This document shows positions 49,854 to 60,335 of a stretch of DNA of 64,000 nt, piece after piece. Positions within the stretch are counted from its first letter, which is position 1, and every line of letters starts with the position of its first letter. The notes below the pieces were generated by a model. That model was not told where the DNA came from. It was given only the letters and a program-made list of their open reading frames with translations, and ran no database searches. Origin of the DNA: an uncultured Methanosarcinales archaeon (GTDB taxonomy: Archaea; Nanobdellota; Nanobdellia; Woesearchaeales; CAXGTL01); assembly GCA_964535955.1 (NCBI GenBank), contig CAZHVK010000007.1, positions 4,118-68,117 of the forward strand. The letters are read 5' to 3'. A program made the position numbers and the translations under genes.

Positions 49854-49947
49854 ATTTCAGATACATTTATACAATAAAAATTTAAAGAATTTTTAAGCAT
49901 AAATGTACTAAAATTTTTTAAAAAAATTTCAGATACATTTATAAATA
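49854..49947 (+). promoter_or_regulatory. duplicated promoter element ATTTCAGATACATTTATA (copies at 49854 and 49926) upstream of rps12
   Basis: 18-bp direct repeat 72 bp apart, each with BRE/TATA-like ACATTTATA; distal copy 22 nt before ATG. Confidence 0.5.
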
Positions 49948-49968
49948 AAACAAAGTTTTTCTATTACA

Positions 49969-50406
49969 ATGGGAAAGAAAACAAAAGGAATAAACGCAGC
50001 AAAAAAATTACACAAGAGAAGAGCTAAATCTAGGTATCTTGATAAAGATTACATGAAAAAAGTAAAAGGATTAAAAAAGATTTCAGACCCATTAGAAGGT
50101 TCTTCTCAAGCAAAAGGTATTGTTCTGGAAAAAGTACAGATAGAAGCAAAACAACCAAATTCAGCAATGAGAAAATGCTGCAGAGTGCAATTAATCAAAA
50201 ATGGTAAACAGATTACAGCTTTTATGCCAGGAGACGGTGCTCAAAAACTAATTGATGAACATGATGAAGTAATGGTAGAATGCATTGGTGGAAAAAAAGG
50301 CAGAGCAAAGGGAGATATTCCAGGTGTCAGATGGCATGTTATCAAGGTTAATGATCAATCACTAAAAGATTTAAGAAAAGGTAAATTAGAAAAAGCAAGA
50401 AAATAA
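49969..50406 (+). CDS. rps12: ribosomal protein S12 (uS12)
   Basis: [22 protein letters not shown] signature. Confidence 0.9.
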   Translation: MGKKTKGINAAKKLHKRRAKSRYLDKDYMKKVKGLKKISDPLEGSSQAKGIVLEKVQIEAKQPNSAMRKCCRVQLIKNGKQITAFMPGDGAQKLIDEHDEVMVECIGGKKGRAKGDIPGVRWHVIKVNDQSLKDLRKGKLEKARK

Positions 50407-50424
50407 GGTTATGAAACTATTAAA

Positions 50425-51024
50425 ATGACTGAAATAAAAGTATTCAACAAATGGGGCACAGAAGGAATCGAAGTAACAGATCCAGGTTTAAAACCCTATA
50501 TTTGTTTAAAAGCAAAAATAGTTCCAAGAACAAATGCAAAACATATTAATAACAGATTCCATAAATCAAAATTATTTATTGTTGAACGTTTGATTAATAA
50601 GATTATGGTTCCTGGTCATAAAGGAAAAACTCATTTTAAATCATCTAGCCATATAACAGGAAAAGCACATACAGCTTATGACATTGTTGAAAGGGCATTT
50701 AACATTGTTGAGATGCGAACTAAAGAAAATCCTCTTAAAGTTTTTGTAAAAGCAATTGAAAATGGTGCACCAAGAGAAGAAATCATAACAATTGCATATG
50801 GTGGTGCTAATTATCCAAAAGCTGTTGAATGTGCACCTCAAAGAAGGGTTGACATTGTTTTAATACATATTTCTCAAGGCGCATATCATAAAGCATTCAA
50901 CACAAAAAAACCAATTGAAATGTGTTTAGCAGAAGAAATCATAAATGCATATAAACTAAGTTCTCAATCAATTATTATTTCTAAAAAGCATGAATTAGAA
51001 AGACAAGCTGATTCTAGTAGGTAA
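50425..51024 (+). CDS. rps7: ribosomal protein S7 (uS7)
   Basis: S7 family pattern, operon position after S12. Confidence 0.85.
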   Translation: MTEIKVFNKWGTEGIEVTDPGLKPYICLKAKIVPRTNAKHINNRFHKSKLFIVERLINKIMVPGHKGKTHFKSSSHITGKAHTAYDIVERAFNIVEMRTKENPLKVFVKAIENGAPREEIITIAYGGANYPKAVECAPQRRVDIVLIHISQGAYHKAFNTKKPIEMCLAEEIINAYKLSSQSIIISKKHELERQADSSR

Positions 51025-51161
51025 TTTTTCTAGTATATATTTTTCTTACTAAACACAAACTTATAACAGTAAAGTTTATATATATATATACTTTAAATTA
51101 TAATATTAACTTATTTAACTTATAATATAGACTTACATTAAAATAAAAAGAGGGCTAATAT

Positions 51162-53639
51162 ATGAAAAAATCAATATTTTTCACTATCTTAAGTTTGATG
51201 ATTCTTTCACTAGTTTATTTATTTGGCACAAATATTGGTACATTTAATGTAATCACAGGATTTGATACAGCTGCTTTAGATAATGCAGAGGTCACACCTT
51301 GTGGTTTAACAGACCAATTTACAAATGATTGTTTAGTAACAGCTTCTGAAACATGTCACAAAGCTAATCTAACAACAAACATAACTTCAGAAGTATTTGG
51401 TTTTTTTAATTTGACCACAATTAAGCTGCATAAAATACTTGGTTTAGAATCAGGAAAATGTGTGTTTTATTCTGGAATTTTGGATTTATACGGGCATTAT
51501 ACACCAGAAGCAAAAGAATTTTTAATAAAAGCAGCAGCTCAAAAAGGAATAAGTGAGAATGTATTCACACAAACAATAAATGATGTAGAAAACAGTTTTA
51601 ATACAAGACTAGCTACATTAAAACAAGAAAACATAACTTGTAAATTTGACACAGACAATGATCCAAAAGATTTAACAGTAATGCTAAACAAATGGAAAGC
51701 AGGAAATATTGATTTAGGTGAAATCTCTTGCACTACAAATACTGACAACAAACTAGTATGCACTATACAAGATGATAATGATGATGGTAATTATGATTAT
51801 GCAAATGCAGAATGTGAAGTAGATTCAACAGGAACCAAAATAAAAGACATTTTAACATCTCAACCACCAATCATAATAATAAATAATGTAAATAATAAAA
51901 CATATCAAGCAGGATTACAGACAAAAAGAAAGATCTATGTAAATATTTCTATTAATGAACAAGGAAACTGCAGAATAAACACAAATGATACTGGTTATGA
52001 CAATATGTCTATTGATTGTGAAACAAAACCAGACAATACTAAACTTTGTTCACTTGATTTAAAGACAACTGGCACACGTAATTTATATTTAACATGCAAT
52101 GATAATTATGGAAACAATCATACATCTGCTGCCAAAACATTATCATTAGATGTAGAGCCAGTGCATAATATGGTTATTACAAAATTTGATAGCCAAACCT
52201 CTGGAGCTTTTAAAACAGATAAATTAGTTCATAACCTAAACCTGCAGATTAGCAGTACTTCTCCATGCAGTGTGTGCAGAATATCAAATGAAAATAAAAA
52301 ATACAGTGATATTACAAATCCTACAAACTGTAAATTTGACGGATTCATAACAGCCTGCAATTCTATGGGTAGCACACTCAAAGCAGGAAGAAGATTCAAA
52401 TGTCAATATACAGAACCAAATGAAATACAAAACAAAGAAAACCCAAATGGTGATTATGCATTATTTCTTGTTTGCAAATCTGTTCAAGACAGTTTAGAAA
52501 CAATAAAAGTTATTAATTATACAATATACATACCAGTCCCAGACTACACTGATCCAAGAATCACAAGTGTTAATCCAAAAGATCTAAAAAATGATACTAC
52601 AAAATTAACATGGAACACAGACGAAGACAGCAACTCAACATTATTCTACGGCAAAAATCAGTCAATGTTTGACAAGACAATAAAAACAAGTACATATAAA
52701 AAAGCACATTCAATAGAATTAACAAATTTAAAACCAAAAACAGAATATTTCTACAATATTACAGTATGTGATAAAAGTAATAATTGTAATTATAATAATG
52801 GTACATTTAAATTTACAACAAAAAAAACACCAAAAGATACAGATTCTCCAGTTATATACAACCATTCATTTCTAAAAGAGACAAACACATCTGTATTAAT
52901 ATCATGGACAACAGATGAAAACAGTATATGTAATCTTATTTATGGTATAAACAAGACAAATATGAGCTTGACAGTACAAAAGACAACATTTGCAAAGTCT
53001 TATAAAATAAACTTGTCAAATCTTAACAAAAATAAATTTTATTATAAGATGAATTGTAGTGATTTCTGGAATAACTCAATTGTAAGCAAGAGGTATGACT
53101 TCACATTATCACCTCCGGGATCCTGTTCATTTGAATTTGTATGTGGTGATTGGTCTGAATGTGTTGATGAAGTTCAGATAAAGACCTGCAAAGACAAGAA
53201 AAAGTGTAAAAAAGATACAAAACAAACAAGACCTTGTGAAGAACAAGGTGGTGATAGTACATTAGGAGGAACTGCAAATGCAACAACTGACCAAAGTACA
53301 ACCACAACAACAGGAGATGACCAAGACATTGATGTGGATAAAGATAAATCATATATGGGATTAGTTATTTTGCTAATAATTTTTATTATTATCATCCTAG
53401 GATTCGGTGCAACATATTTCATATATGAACAAGGAAAACTTCCACAATTAGATCCAATAATGGAAAAAATAGGTTTATTAAAATTACCAAAACCACCTAA
53501 ACCAAGCAAACCAATAAAAATAGATCCATTAAAAGCTTATATCCTGGAAATGCGAAAACAAGGCTATTCAAAAGATCAAATATATCACAATCTTATTAAT
53601 CATGGCTATAGGCCTGACCAGATTAATAAGTATTTTTAA
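51162..53639 (+). CDS. large Cys-rich surface protein with FN3-like repeats and C-terminal TM anchor
   Basis: signal peptide, many Cys, two FN3/PAPS-like modules (TWNTDEDSNSTLFYG; ISWTTDENSICNLIYG), Thr-rich linker, TM segment, PKPPKPSKP tail. Confidence 0.5.
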   Translation: MKKSIFFTILSLMILSLVYLFGTNIGTFNVITGFDTAALDNAEVTPCGLTDQFTNDCLVTASETCHKANLTTNITSEVFGFFNLTTIKLHKILGLESGKCVFYSGILDLYGHYTPEAKEFLIKAAAQKGISENVFTQTINDVENSFNTRLATLKQENITCKFDTDNDPKDLTVMLNKWKAGNIDLGEISCTTNTDNKLVCTIQDDNDDGNYDYANAECEVDSTGTKIKDILTSQPPIIIINNVNNKTYQAGLQTKRKIYVNISINEQGNCRINTNDTGYDNMSIDCETKPDNTKLCSLDLKTTGTRNLYLTCNDNYGNNHTSAAKTLSLDVEPVHNMVITKFDSQTSGAFKTDKLVHNLNLQISSTSPCSVCRISNENKKYSDITNPTNCKFDGFITACNSMGSTLKAGRRFKCQYTEPNEIQNKENPNGDYALFLVCKSVQDSLETIKVINYTIYIPVPDYTDPRITSVNPKDLKNDTTKLTWNTDEDSNSTLFYGKNQSMFDKTIKTSTYKKAHSIELTNLKPKTEYFYNITVCDKSNNCNYNNGTFKFTTKKTPKDTDSPVIYNHSFLKETNTSVLISWTTDENSICNLIYGINKTNMSLTVQKTTFAKSYKINLSNLNKNKFYYKMNCSDFWNNSIVSKRYDFTLSPPGSCSFEFVCGDWSECVDEVQIKTCKDKKKCKKDTKQTRPCEEQGGDSTLGGTANATTDQSTTTTTGDDQDIDVDKDKSYMGLVILLIIFIIIILGFGATYFIYEQGKLPQLDPIMEKIGLLKLPKPPKPSKPIKIDPLKAYILEMRKQGYSKDQIYHNLINHGYRPDQINKYF

Positions 53640-53675
53640 TTATTTGTAATTAAATTAAATAAAAAAAAGAATTAA

Positions 53676-54176
53676 TCATTCATCTTCGTCTTCTTCATCA
53701 CTTTCTCTTCTAATCACTTTCACAGCATCCATACTAACTGTGATAGGAATTGGAACAGCTGATTCAAGTAATTCAACAACAACTTCTTCTTTTTGTGTAT
53801 CTATTCTAGTGACTTTTGCATTTTCACGCTTAAAAGGCCCAGAGATTAATTCAACAATATCATACTTCTTGATATTTATTTCTCTTTTTACTTGCTCAAG
53901 CATGTGCTCAATTTCTCTATAATCAATTGTTTTAGGTAAAATACCTCTAGCATAAGGAACATTAAAAGCAGCTCTTTCAGCTTCTGATCTTGACAATGCT
54001 TCAAGAAAGATATAACCACGCATACCATGCGGCCTTATTATTGAATAAACTTCTATCACTTTTTTAACAACATTTGAACTAACAAAGTCCATTACTTGAT
54101 CTTCTCTATTTGCAGTTGTTCTAAGAGCAAAAATTAATGGTTGTCCTGCTTGTTCTTGTTGTTCTTTTTCAGTCAT
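53676..54176 (-). CDS. spt5: transcription elongation factor Spt5 (archaeal NusG)
   Basis: NGN domain plus KOW motif (IVELISGPFKRENAKV). Confidence 0.85.
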   Translation of the reverse strand: MTEKEQQEQAGQPLIFALRTTANREDQVMDFVSSNVVKKVIEVYSIIRPHGMRGYIFLEALSRSEAERAAFNVPYARGILPKTIDYREIEHMLEQVKREINIKKYDIVELISGPFKRENAKVTRIDTQKEEVVVELLESAVPIPITVSMDAVKVIRRESDEEDEDE

Positions 54177-54195
54177 ATTATTTCCACCTAATTAC

Positions 54196-54384
54196 CTAAA
54201 CATTTATCATTTTTACAAAAGTTGCAATTATCATTACTAAAAAACCAATCAAACCAATCAATATCATGCCTAATCCAGACACTTTCATAATTGTCTTAAA
54301 TTCCATTGAAGTTGGTTTTTTTGTAACTATTAATACTCTTTTACATTCAGTTAAAAACCTTTTAAATTTTGTCCATAATGTCAT
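54196..54384 (-). CDS. secE: protein translocase subunit SecE/Sec61-gamma
   Basis: 62 aa, single C-terminal TM, conserved position upstream of spt5; promoter AATATTTATAAATA on minus strand at ~54398-54412. Confidence 0.75.
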   Translation of the reverse strand: MTLWTKFKRFLTECKRVLIVTKKPTSMEFKTIMKVSGLGMILIGLIGFLVMIIATFVKMINV

Positions 54385-54467
54385 GTTCTAATATATATTT
54401 TCTAGTGTTATTTATAAATATTTGTGTTTTTTATATATACATAGTGTCTAATAGTGTATAATAGTGT

Positions 54468-55685
54468 CTACTCAACAAACTCAATACCCAGCTCTGATTC
54501 CATTGCTTTTTTCTTCTTAGTAACTCCTACCCCTTCTGATTCATCTTCTTCTTGATCTTTGCCAAATATCTGTGCAGATCTTACACCTGTTATTATCAAC
54601 ATTGCTCTTATTGTTCTATCAAAATCTTCATAAATCTGTGCTCCCCATATAATCTTAGCATCATCATCAAGCCTTCTTGAAACAGATTCAACAACATCTT
54701 TTGCTTCTTCTAGTGTCATATCTGTACCACCAGCAATATTAATTAAAGCACCTGTTGCTCCACTAATATCAACATCTAATAAAGGATTTTCAATTGCTCT
54801 TTCAACAGCTTCTAATGATCTATTTTCTGAATCACTTTCTCCAACACCAATAAGAGCTAAACCTCCATTACCCATTACAGTCCGAATATCTGCAAAATCA
54901 AGATTAACTAGTCCAGCTTTAGTAACTAATTCAGCAATTCCTTTTACAGCATTTGTTAATATTTCATCAGCAACTTTAAAAGCAGTATGCAATGGCAGAT
55001 CAGGTGCTAATTCAAGTAATTTATCATTAGGTATTACTATTAAAGTATCAACATTATTTTCAAGTCTTTCCAAACCATAGATAGCATTCTCATACCTTCT
55101 ATGTCCTTCCATATTAAACGGCATTGTAACAATACCAACAGTCAGAGTACCCATTTTTCGGCATAGTTCTGCAATTACTGGTGCACTGCCTGTTCCAGTA
55201 CCACCACCTAAACCACAAGTAATAAAAATCATATCAGCACCTGCAACAGCATCTTTTATCTCACGTTCACTTTCATGTGCTGCTTCTTCACCTTTTTTAG
55301 GTATTGAACCTGCACCCAAACCCTTAGTTGTTTCTCTTCCAATCAAGATTTTTTTATCAGAAACAGTGTATAATAAATCTTGTGCATCTGTGTTCACAGC
55401 AATAGAATCTGTTCCTTTGATACCAACTTCATTTATCCTATTCAAAGTATTATTACCAGCTCCTCCACAACCAACAACCTTAATTTTTGCTTTTTGTATT
55501 GATAACAAAGATTCAAGTTCTGTATCAATATCTTGTTGTTTTAAAACAGAATTTGTTTGAGGAATTGGCTCTTCAAAACTTACATCTTCTGTAACCATTT
55601 TTATTTCGTCTGACTCTTGTGGTCCGACTTTTTCTATTTGTTCAATTTCTTGTACAGCTTTAATAAAAGTTTCCATGCTACCCAC
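54468..55685 (-). CDS. ftsZ: cell division GTPase FtsZ
   Basis: [26 protein letters not shown] tubulin signature. Confidence 0.9.
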   Translation of the reverse strand: MGSMETFIKAVQEIEQIEKVGPQESDEIKMVTEDVSFEEPIPQTNSVLKQQDIDTELESLLSIQKAKIKVVGCGGAGNNTLNRINEVGIKGTDSIAVNTDAQDLLYTVSDKKILIGRETTKGLGAGSIPKKGEEAAHESEREIKDAVAGADMIFITCGLGGGTGTGSAPVIAELCRKMGTLTVGIVTMPFNMEGHRRYENAIYGLERLENNVDTLIVIPNDKLLELAPDLPLHTAFKVADEILTNAVKGIAELVTKAGLVNLDFADIRTVMGNGGLALIGVGESDSENRSLEAVERAIENPLLDVDISGATGALINIAGGTDMTLEEAKDVVESVSRRLDDDAKIIWGAQIYEDFDRTIRAMLIITGVRSAQIFGKDQEEDESEGVGVTKKKKAMESELGIEFVE

Positions 55686-55789
55686 CTATTACCTTTTTTA
55701 TTATTAATAATAAATCTGTCCTCTTTTTTTATCAGCTTAATATGTTAGTATACCATCAGCCTATTGACTGTTGGTTCTTTACATTATAA

Positions 55790-56746
55790 TTATGTATCAG
55801 TTGTTTCTGATTTAGCAGTTTTATCTTCTTGCGCTTTGTTTTCTTTTGTTTTTGCTTCTTCTTTTTCTTCTGGTTTTTTACTTTGTTCTGTTTCTTTATT
55901 TACTTTTTCTTCTTCTTTTTTACTTTGTTCTGTTTCTTTATTTACTTTTTCTTCTGGTTTTTTACTTTGTTCTGTTTCTTTATTTACTTTTTCTTCTTCT
56001 TTTTTACTTTGTTCTGTTTCTTTATTTACTTTTTCTTCTTCTTTTTTACTTTCTTCTTTCACTTCTGTTTTCACTTCTTTCTTCTCTTGTTCTTCAACAA
56101 ACACAATTTTACTAATATCATCAATTAATCCCGTTAATTTGTCACTTATTTTATCTTTTGAGTCTTTTATTATATTAAAGTTTATTTTCTTGATAATAAC
56201 TTTTGCAGTACTATCTTTAATTTCAATTTTTTCAGGCTTAAAACCAAACTCTAACAAGATAAATGATTCAATTTTTTTAACATTGTCTGTGATTAATTTA
56301 TTAATCTTAACTATGTAAACAAGATCTTTACTAGACAAAGGATGGTTAAAATCAACAATAACCCTTCCACCTGTAACAGTTCTGATTACTCCAACAACTC
56401 CATCAATATTAACTTGTAAACCAGGCATTGGCTGAATATTTTGTTTTTTAAACACTCTAGTAGGAACTATTTTCAGAAGTTTTGCACTTTTCTTGCCAAA
56501 AGCTTGTTCAGCTTTTATATCAAATGTATATTCCTTATCAACTTCTTTACCTATTATTTGCTGATCTAAACCCTTGATCAACTGTCCTTGACCAACACAA
56601 ATAACAAGTGGCTGATATTTCATTTGTTCATTATAAATATTATTATCTTTTGCAGTTTTTTCATTTGTTGTATCAAATATTAGGTCCTCTTCTTTTGTTT
56701 TACCAGTATAATCAATTTCAATGAAATCCTTATCTTTTATTGTCAT
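55790..56746 (-). CDS. FKBP-type peptidyl-prolyl isomerase with C-terminal EEKVNKETEQSKK(P/E) tandem repeats
   Basis: N-terminal FKBP fold segments (DFIEIDYTG...; VIVDFNHPL), IF-like insert, 14-aa repeats x4.5. Confidence 0.65.
   Translation of the reverse strand: MTIKDKDFIEIDYTGKTKEEDLIFDTTNEKTAKDNNIYNEQMKYQPLVICVGQGQLIKGLDQQIIGKEVDKEYTFDIKAEQAFGKKSAKLLKIVPTRVFKKQNIQPMPGLQVNIDGVVGVIRTVTGGRVIVDFNHPLSSKDLVYIVKINKLITDNVKKIESFILLEFGFKPEKIEIKDSTAKVIIKKINFNIIKDSKDKISDKLTGLIDDISKIVFVEEQEKKEVKTEVKEESKKEEEKVNKETEQSKKEEEKVNKETEQSKKPEEKVNKETEQSKKEEEKVNKETEQSKKPEEKEEAKTKENKAQEDKTAKSETTDT
55871..56060. repeat. 42-bp tandem repeat x4.5 within the FKBP gene
   Basis: units TGG/TTC-TTTTTTACTTTGTTCTGTTTCTTTATTTACTTTTTCTTC on plus strand. 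Confidence 0.85.
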
Positions 56747-57047
56747 TTTTACCTCTCACTTCTAACATATTAACATAAATAGAAGTAAATATGGAGTTCT
56801 ATAGTATATATATAAAGTTATCGGACAAATATAACACATCCCTTACAAAATACAAGGATTATCACGGTTTTTTCTTGTTTATCCATATAAACCTTACAAC
56901 CACACTCAATCTAAACAATAGTTAGGATATGTATAGACTATAACATATATGTTACTGTATAGTGACCATGCATAGAAAGCTTTATAAAGTATATTTCACC
57001 CCTAAACACTAAAACAAAGGGGTGACAAGTTTGGGGTTTGATTCAAT

Positions 57048-58025
57048 TTGTCAAAAAAATACAAAAGATTATTATACGCACTTCCTTTGTCAATTGCTTT
57101 AGTTTTTAGTTCTATAGGTGCAAAAGCTGATGATAATTCAGAAAGACAGAGACAATTACAAAAAAAACATGATGAATTACTTCATAAGGTTCAAAATACA
57201 AATGTTCCTGATATTGAAAATTATGTAAGATATATAAATTACCATAATAAGACAGGAACTTATTTTCCAAATCAAATTCCTATTTCTAAATTAGATAATA
57301 AAACAGATGAACTTGTTTTAAGAGCTTTTGTTGATGATTATTTAAATCAAAAAAAATATTATCAAGATAAAAAACAAAAAAAGCCAGTAGATAGACATGA
57401 AAAACCTTGGGAAAGTGATTCAAATATTGGCAACAATACTGGTTATTTCTTAGGGGCTTTTTCCACTAAAGATTTGAAAAGACCATTATCTGAATTATGT
57501 GAATTAAGGATTCCAAAAATACATTATCAAAGTACAGAATTAATTTCACCAGGTCATACTTTAGAACAATTACTTGGTAAAGAACAAGAAACAAAGATAT
57601 ATGAAATAAGTGCATTACATTTAAGAGATTATCTTAATAAGATTTCTCAGTTAAGAAACAAAGATCCTTTATTACCTAAACCTGATAAAGAAATTGGAAC
57701 ATCAGTAGCACATTTCTTTATGTCGTGGACAGGTAAAAAATCATTAGGTGAACAATTAAACAGGATAAGTGTTACAAAATATGAAAATGGATATACACTT
57801 GAATTACAACCTTTAGCAATAAGTAAAAGAGGCAAACAAGATTATGATTCTAAAGTACTTATTGCATCTGGTGATGTTTCTAAACTAAGTTTAATTATGA
57901 AATGTATCAAAGAAGTAGAACCAGAACCTTTTGCACAGATTCCAACTAAGTATGAAAGATTTAAAAAAGCTATGTATGCTTTGATAGGTACTAAAATTAT
58001 GACTTGGTTTATGAAAAAAAATTAA
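57048..58025 (+). CDS. secreted hypothetical protein
   Basis: signal peptide LLYALPLSIALVFSSIGAKA; 325 aa. Confidence 0.4.
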   Translation: MSKKYKRLLYALPLSIALVFSSIGAKADDNSERQRQLQKKHDELLHKVQNTNVPDIENYVRYINYHNKTGTYFPNQIPISKLDNKTDELVLRAFVDDYLNQKKYYQDKKQKKPVDRHEKPWESDSNIGNNTGYFLGAFSTKDLKRPLSELCELRIPKIHYQSTELISPGHTLEQLLGKEQETKIYEISALHLRDYLNKISQLRNKDPLLPKPDKEIGTSVAHFFMSWTGKKSLGEQLNRISVTKYENGYTLELQPLAISKRGKQDYDSKVLIASGDVSKLSLIMKCIKEVEPEPFAQIPTKYERFKKAMYALIGTKIMTWFMKKN

Positions 58026-58849
58026 GTTTTTGCTTTGATTTCTATTTTATTTTCAGTTTCTAGTTTGGCTTCAACAAGCTCTTCTCTTTTAGCTAATACA
58101 ATCTCAATCTCCCCAAAATGATTTTCCTGGTTAAGATCTATTTTTCTTTGATTAGTTAGATGAAGAAGAGGAATAAAAGTAAAGACTTTGTCTTCTTTAC
58201 TAGCCTCATCAGGAAGCAATCCTGAAAAACTTAATTTATTTTTACCACCAGACACCTTTAAAAAAAACATTTTTATTCTTCCATAAACATCTCTTATTAC
58301 TTGCGTTATATCTATTTTCTTCTCTGGTAATTCTATGTCTGGTTCATCATTTACATGCCTTACTGCTCTTCTTTTTTTAACATCCATTGCTTTTTCCAAA
58401 GACCCAATTAAATCATAAATAGAAACTTTTCTTGTTCTTGGTTGAGGTGTTCTTGGTATTAGCTTTATAAATTCTCCAATCCCTTGTTTTCTATGATGTT
58501 TAAAAAAATCATTCCATTCTTGTAAATAAGACACATCATATTCTGGTTCGTCAACAGACGCAAACAATGCATCTAAGTTATCTAAATCTTTACCAACCAA
58601 TCTTCTAGACTTTATCCTTAAAAGAATTGCAGCTGCTAATACAATCTTTCCACTCAGTTTAAAATCAAGTTCTTTTAATCTTGTTAACATGTCTAGATAT
58701 CTTTTTGTTATAAGTGTCACATTAATATCCCATGGATCCATCTTCTCTGTCTTTACCAAATCATATAGAATAGTCTGCCAAGTAATCTCTTCTTCTTTTA
58801 TTAGCATGTCAAAGATTTTGTTTTGAGTCTCTTGGAGTGATTGTGTCAT
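58022..58849 (-). CDS. scpA: segregation and condensation protein A (ScpA kleisin)-like
   Basis: N-terminal TWQTILYDLVKTEKMDPWDINVTLITKRYL...LSGKIVLAAAILLRIKS pattern typical of ScpA. Confidence 0.55.
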   Translation of the reverse strand: MTQSLQETQNKIFDMLIKEEEITWQTILYDLVKTEKMDPWDINVTLITKRYLDMLTRLKELDFKLSGKIVLAAAILLRIKSRRLVGKDLDNLDALFASVDEPEYDVSYLQEWNDFFKHHRKQGIGEFIKLIPRTPQPRTRKVSIYDLIGSLEKAMDVKKRRAVRHVNDEPDIELPEKKIDITQVIRDVYGRIKMFFLKVSGGKNKLSFSGLLPDEASKEDKVFTFIPLLHLTNQRKIDLNQENHFGEIEIVLAKREELVEAKLETENKIEIKAKT

Positions 58850-58947
58850 ATTTATAATTAAATTGATAGAATATATAAATGTATTGCAAACCTCAGATTT
58901 GTAGACATTTATGCTTAAAAATCTCTTGGATTTTTATTGTATAAATC

Positions 58948-59901
58948 TTACTCAACAAACTCTATCTTTTTTATTTTATTCCCATCAACATCAACAACAA
59001 CATACTTTCCTTCATAACCAGCGCCTGAGTTAATACATATTACTCCATTCAACCTAATCTTTGCAAAGTGTTCATGCATGTGCCCACCCACACAAAACAA
59101 TATTTTTTTATTAAACTTTTCAATAATCTTTCTAGTTACTAAAGAACCAAAATGTTTTCCATATGCAGGTGACTTTTTCCAAGTGATTTTGTCTATCTTG
59201 GTATTATGCGGGACATTATGGCTTAAGAAAATTGTGAATTTTTTTGACTTTTTGAATAATTTTGTTGTTTTTCTTAATTGTTTAATATATTCCTTTTTTC
59301 TTTTTATTAATTCTTTTTTTGTTAAACCTTTTTTGTATTCTTTTAATTGTGGTACTTCAGGTGATGAGTTAATTCCATACCCTATAATATTAAACTTGCC
59401 AAACTTTACAAGTTTATTATGACAATTTTTTACATTTTTCAAATTTTTTATTAAAGATTTATTATAATAATTTATAGATTCCTTTTTCCAACCATGTTCT
59501 TTTGAACAATAATCCCCATTTCCAGGGATAATATAAACTGGTATGTTATAATTATCTAATTTATTAAGAATCTGTTTTCCTGTTTTTAGGTCATTTTTAA
59601 TTAAATTCCATGCTTTTTTTTTACCTATTAAATCAAACCATTGTGTTTTTAATTGAGGATCTTTTTTCTTCATAAATAAGATTTTCATCTTATAAACTCT
59701 TGTTTTTGCATCACAAAAATCACCGCAGCTAACAATAGCATCACAATTTTTCAAATCCTGTTTCTTTATTCCTTTGAAAGTGCCATGAAGGTCTCCTATT
59801 AGGATGAGTTTCATTATATACTCTAAAAGAGATGAATAATTTATAAAGGTAATGCCTAAATAAACACCCTTATCACATACAGAAATTAGAGTAGCAAACA
59901 A
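58948..59901 (-). CDS. metallophosphoesterase
   Basis: GDLHG, GDFCD, GNGDY, GGHMHE motif order. Confidence 0.7.
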   Translation of the reverse strand: MFATLISVCDKGVYLGITFINYSSLLEYIMKLILIGDLHGTFKGIKKQDLKNCDAIVSCGDFCDAKTRVYKMKILFMKKKDPQLKTQWFDLIGKKKAWNLIKNDLKTGKQILNKLDNYNIPVYIIPGNGDYCSKEHGWKKESINYYNKSLIKNLKNVKNCHNKLVKFGKFNIIGYGINSSPEVPQLKEYKKGLTKKELIKRKKEYIKQLRKTTKLFKKSKKFTIFLSHNVPHNTKIDKITWKKSPAYGKHFGSLVTRKIIEKFNKKILFCVGGHMHEHFAKIRLNGVICINSGAGYEGKYVVVDVDGNKIKKIEFVE

Positions 59902-59983
59902 CGCTATATATACATATAAAATACAAGCATTTATAAATAGGAGTTGAATTATAGTCTATATTAACATTTAGGAGGTTAAACCA

Positions 59984-60178
59984 ATGGAAGGAACAGTAAA
60001 ATTTTTTAATGAAAGAAAAGGTTTCGGATTCGTTATTGATGATGAAACTGGAAAAGATTTTTTTGTACATCAATCAGCCTTAGATGAAGGTGTTGTATTG
60101 CGTGATGGCGATAAAGTTACATTTGATGTAGAACAAGGAGATCGTGGACCAAAAGCAGTTAATGTAAAATTAGTTTAA
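59984..60178 (+). CDS. cspA: cold shock protein (CspA family, bacterial type)
   Basis: [15 protein letters not shown] (RNP1) and FVHQSAL (RNP2); RBS GGAGGT. Confidence 0.9.
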   Translation: MEGTVKFFNERKGFGFVIDDETGKDFFVHQSALDEGVVLRDGDKVTFDVEQGDRGPKAVNVKLV

Positions 60179-60335
60179 TAATAAAACTTATTTCTAAGTT
60201 TATTTTTTAAATTATTTGATTGATTTGTGTTAGTTTTTATTCTTTTTTTTGTTTTCTTTATTTTAATTTATATTAGTTTTTATTATTTTCTATAGTAATT
60301 ATAATAGAAATATATCTTTAATCTAAAAATAAAGA

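Noticed and set aside
55829-56128. Plus-strand Phe/Leu-rich ORFs (99, 89, 184 aa)
   Set aside because: Antisense translation of the T-rich 42-bp repeats inside the minus-strand FKBP gene; compositional artefact.
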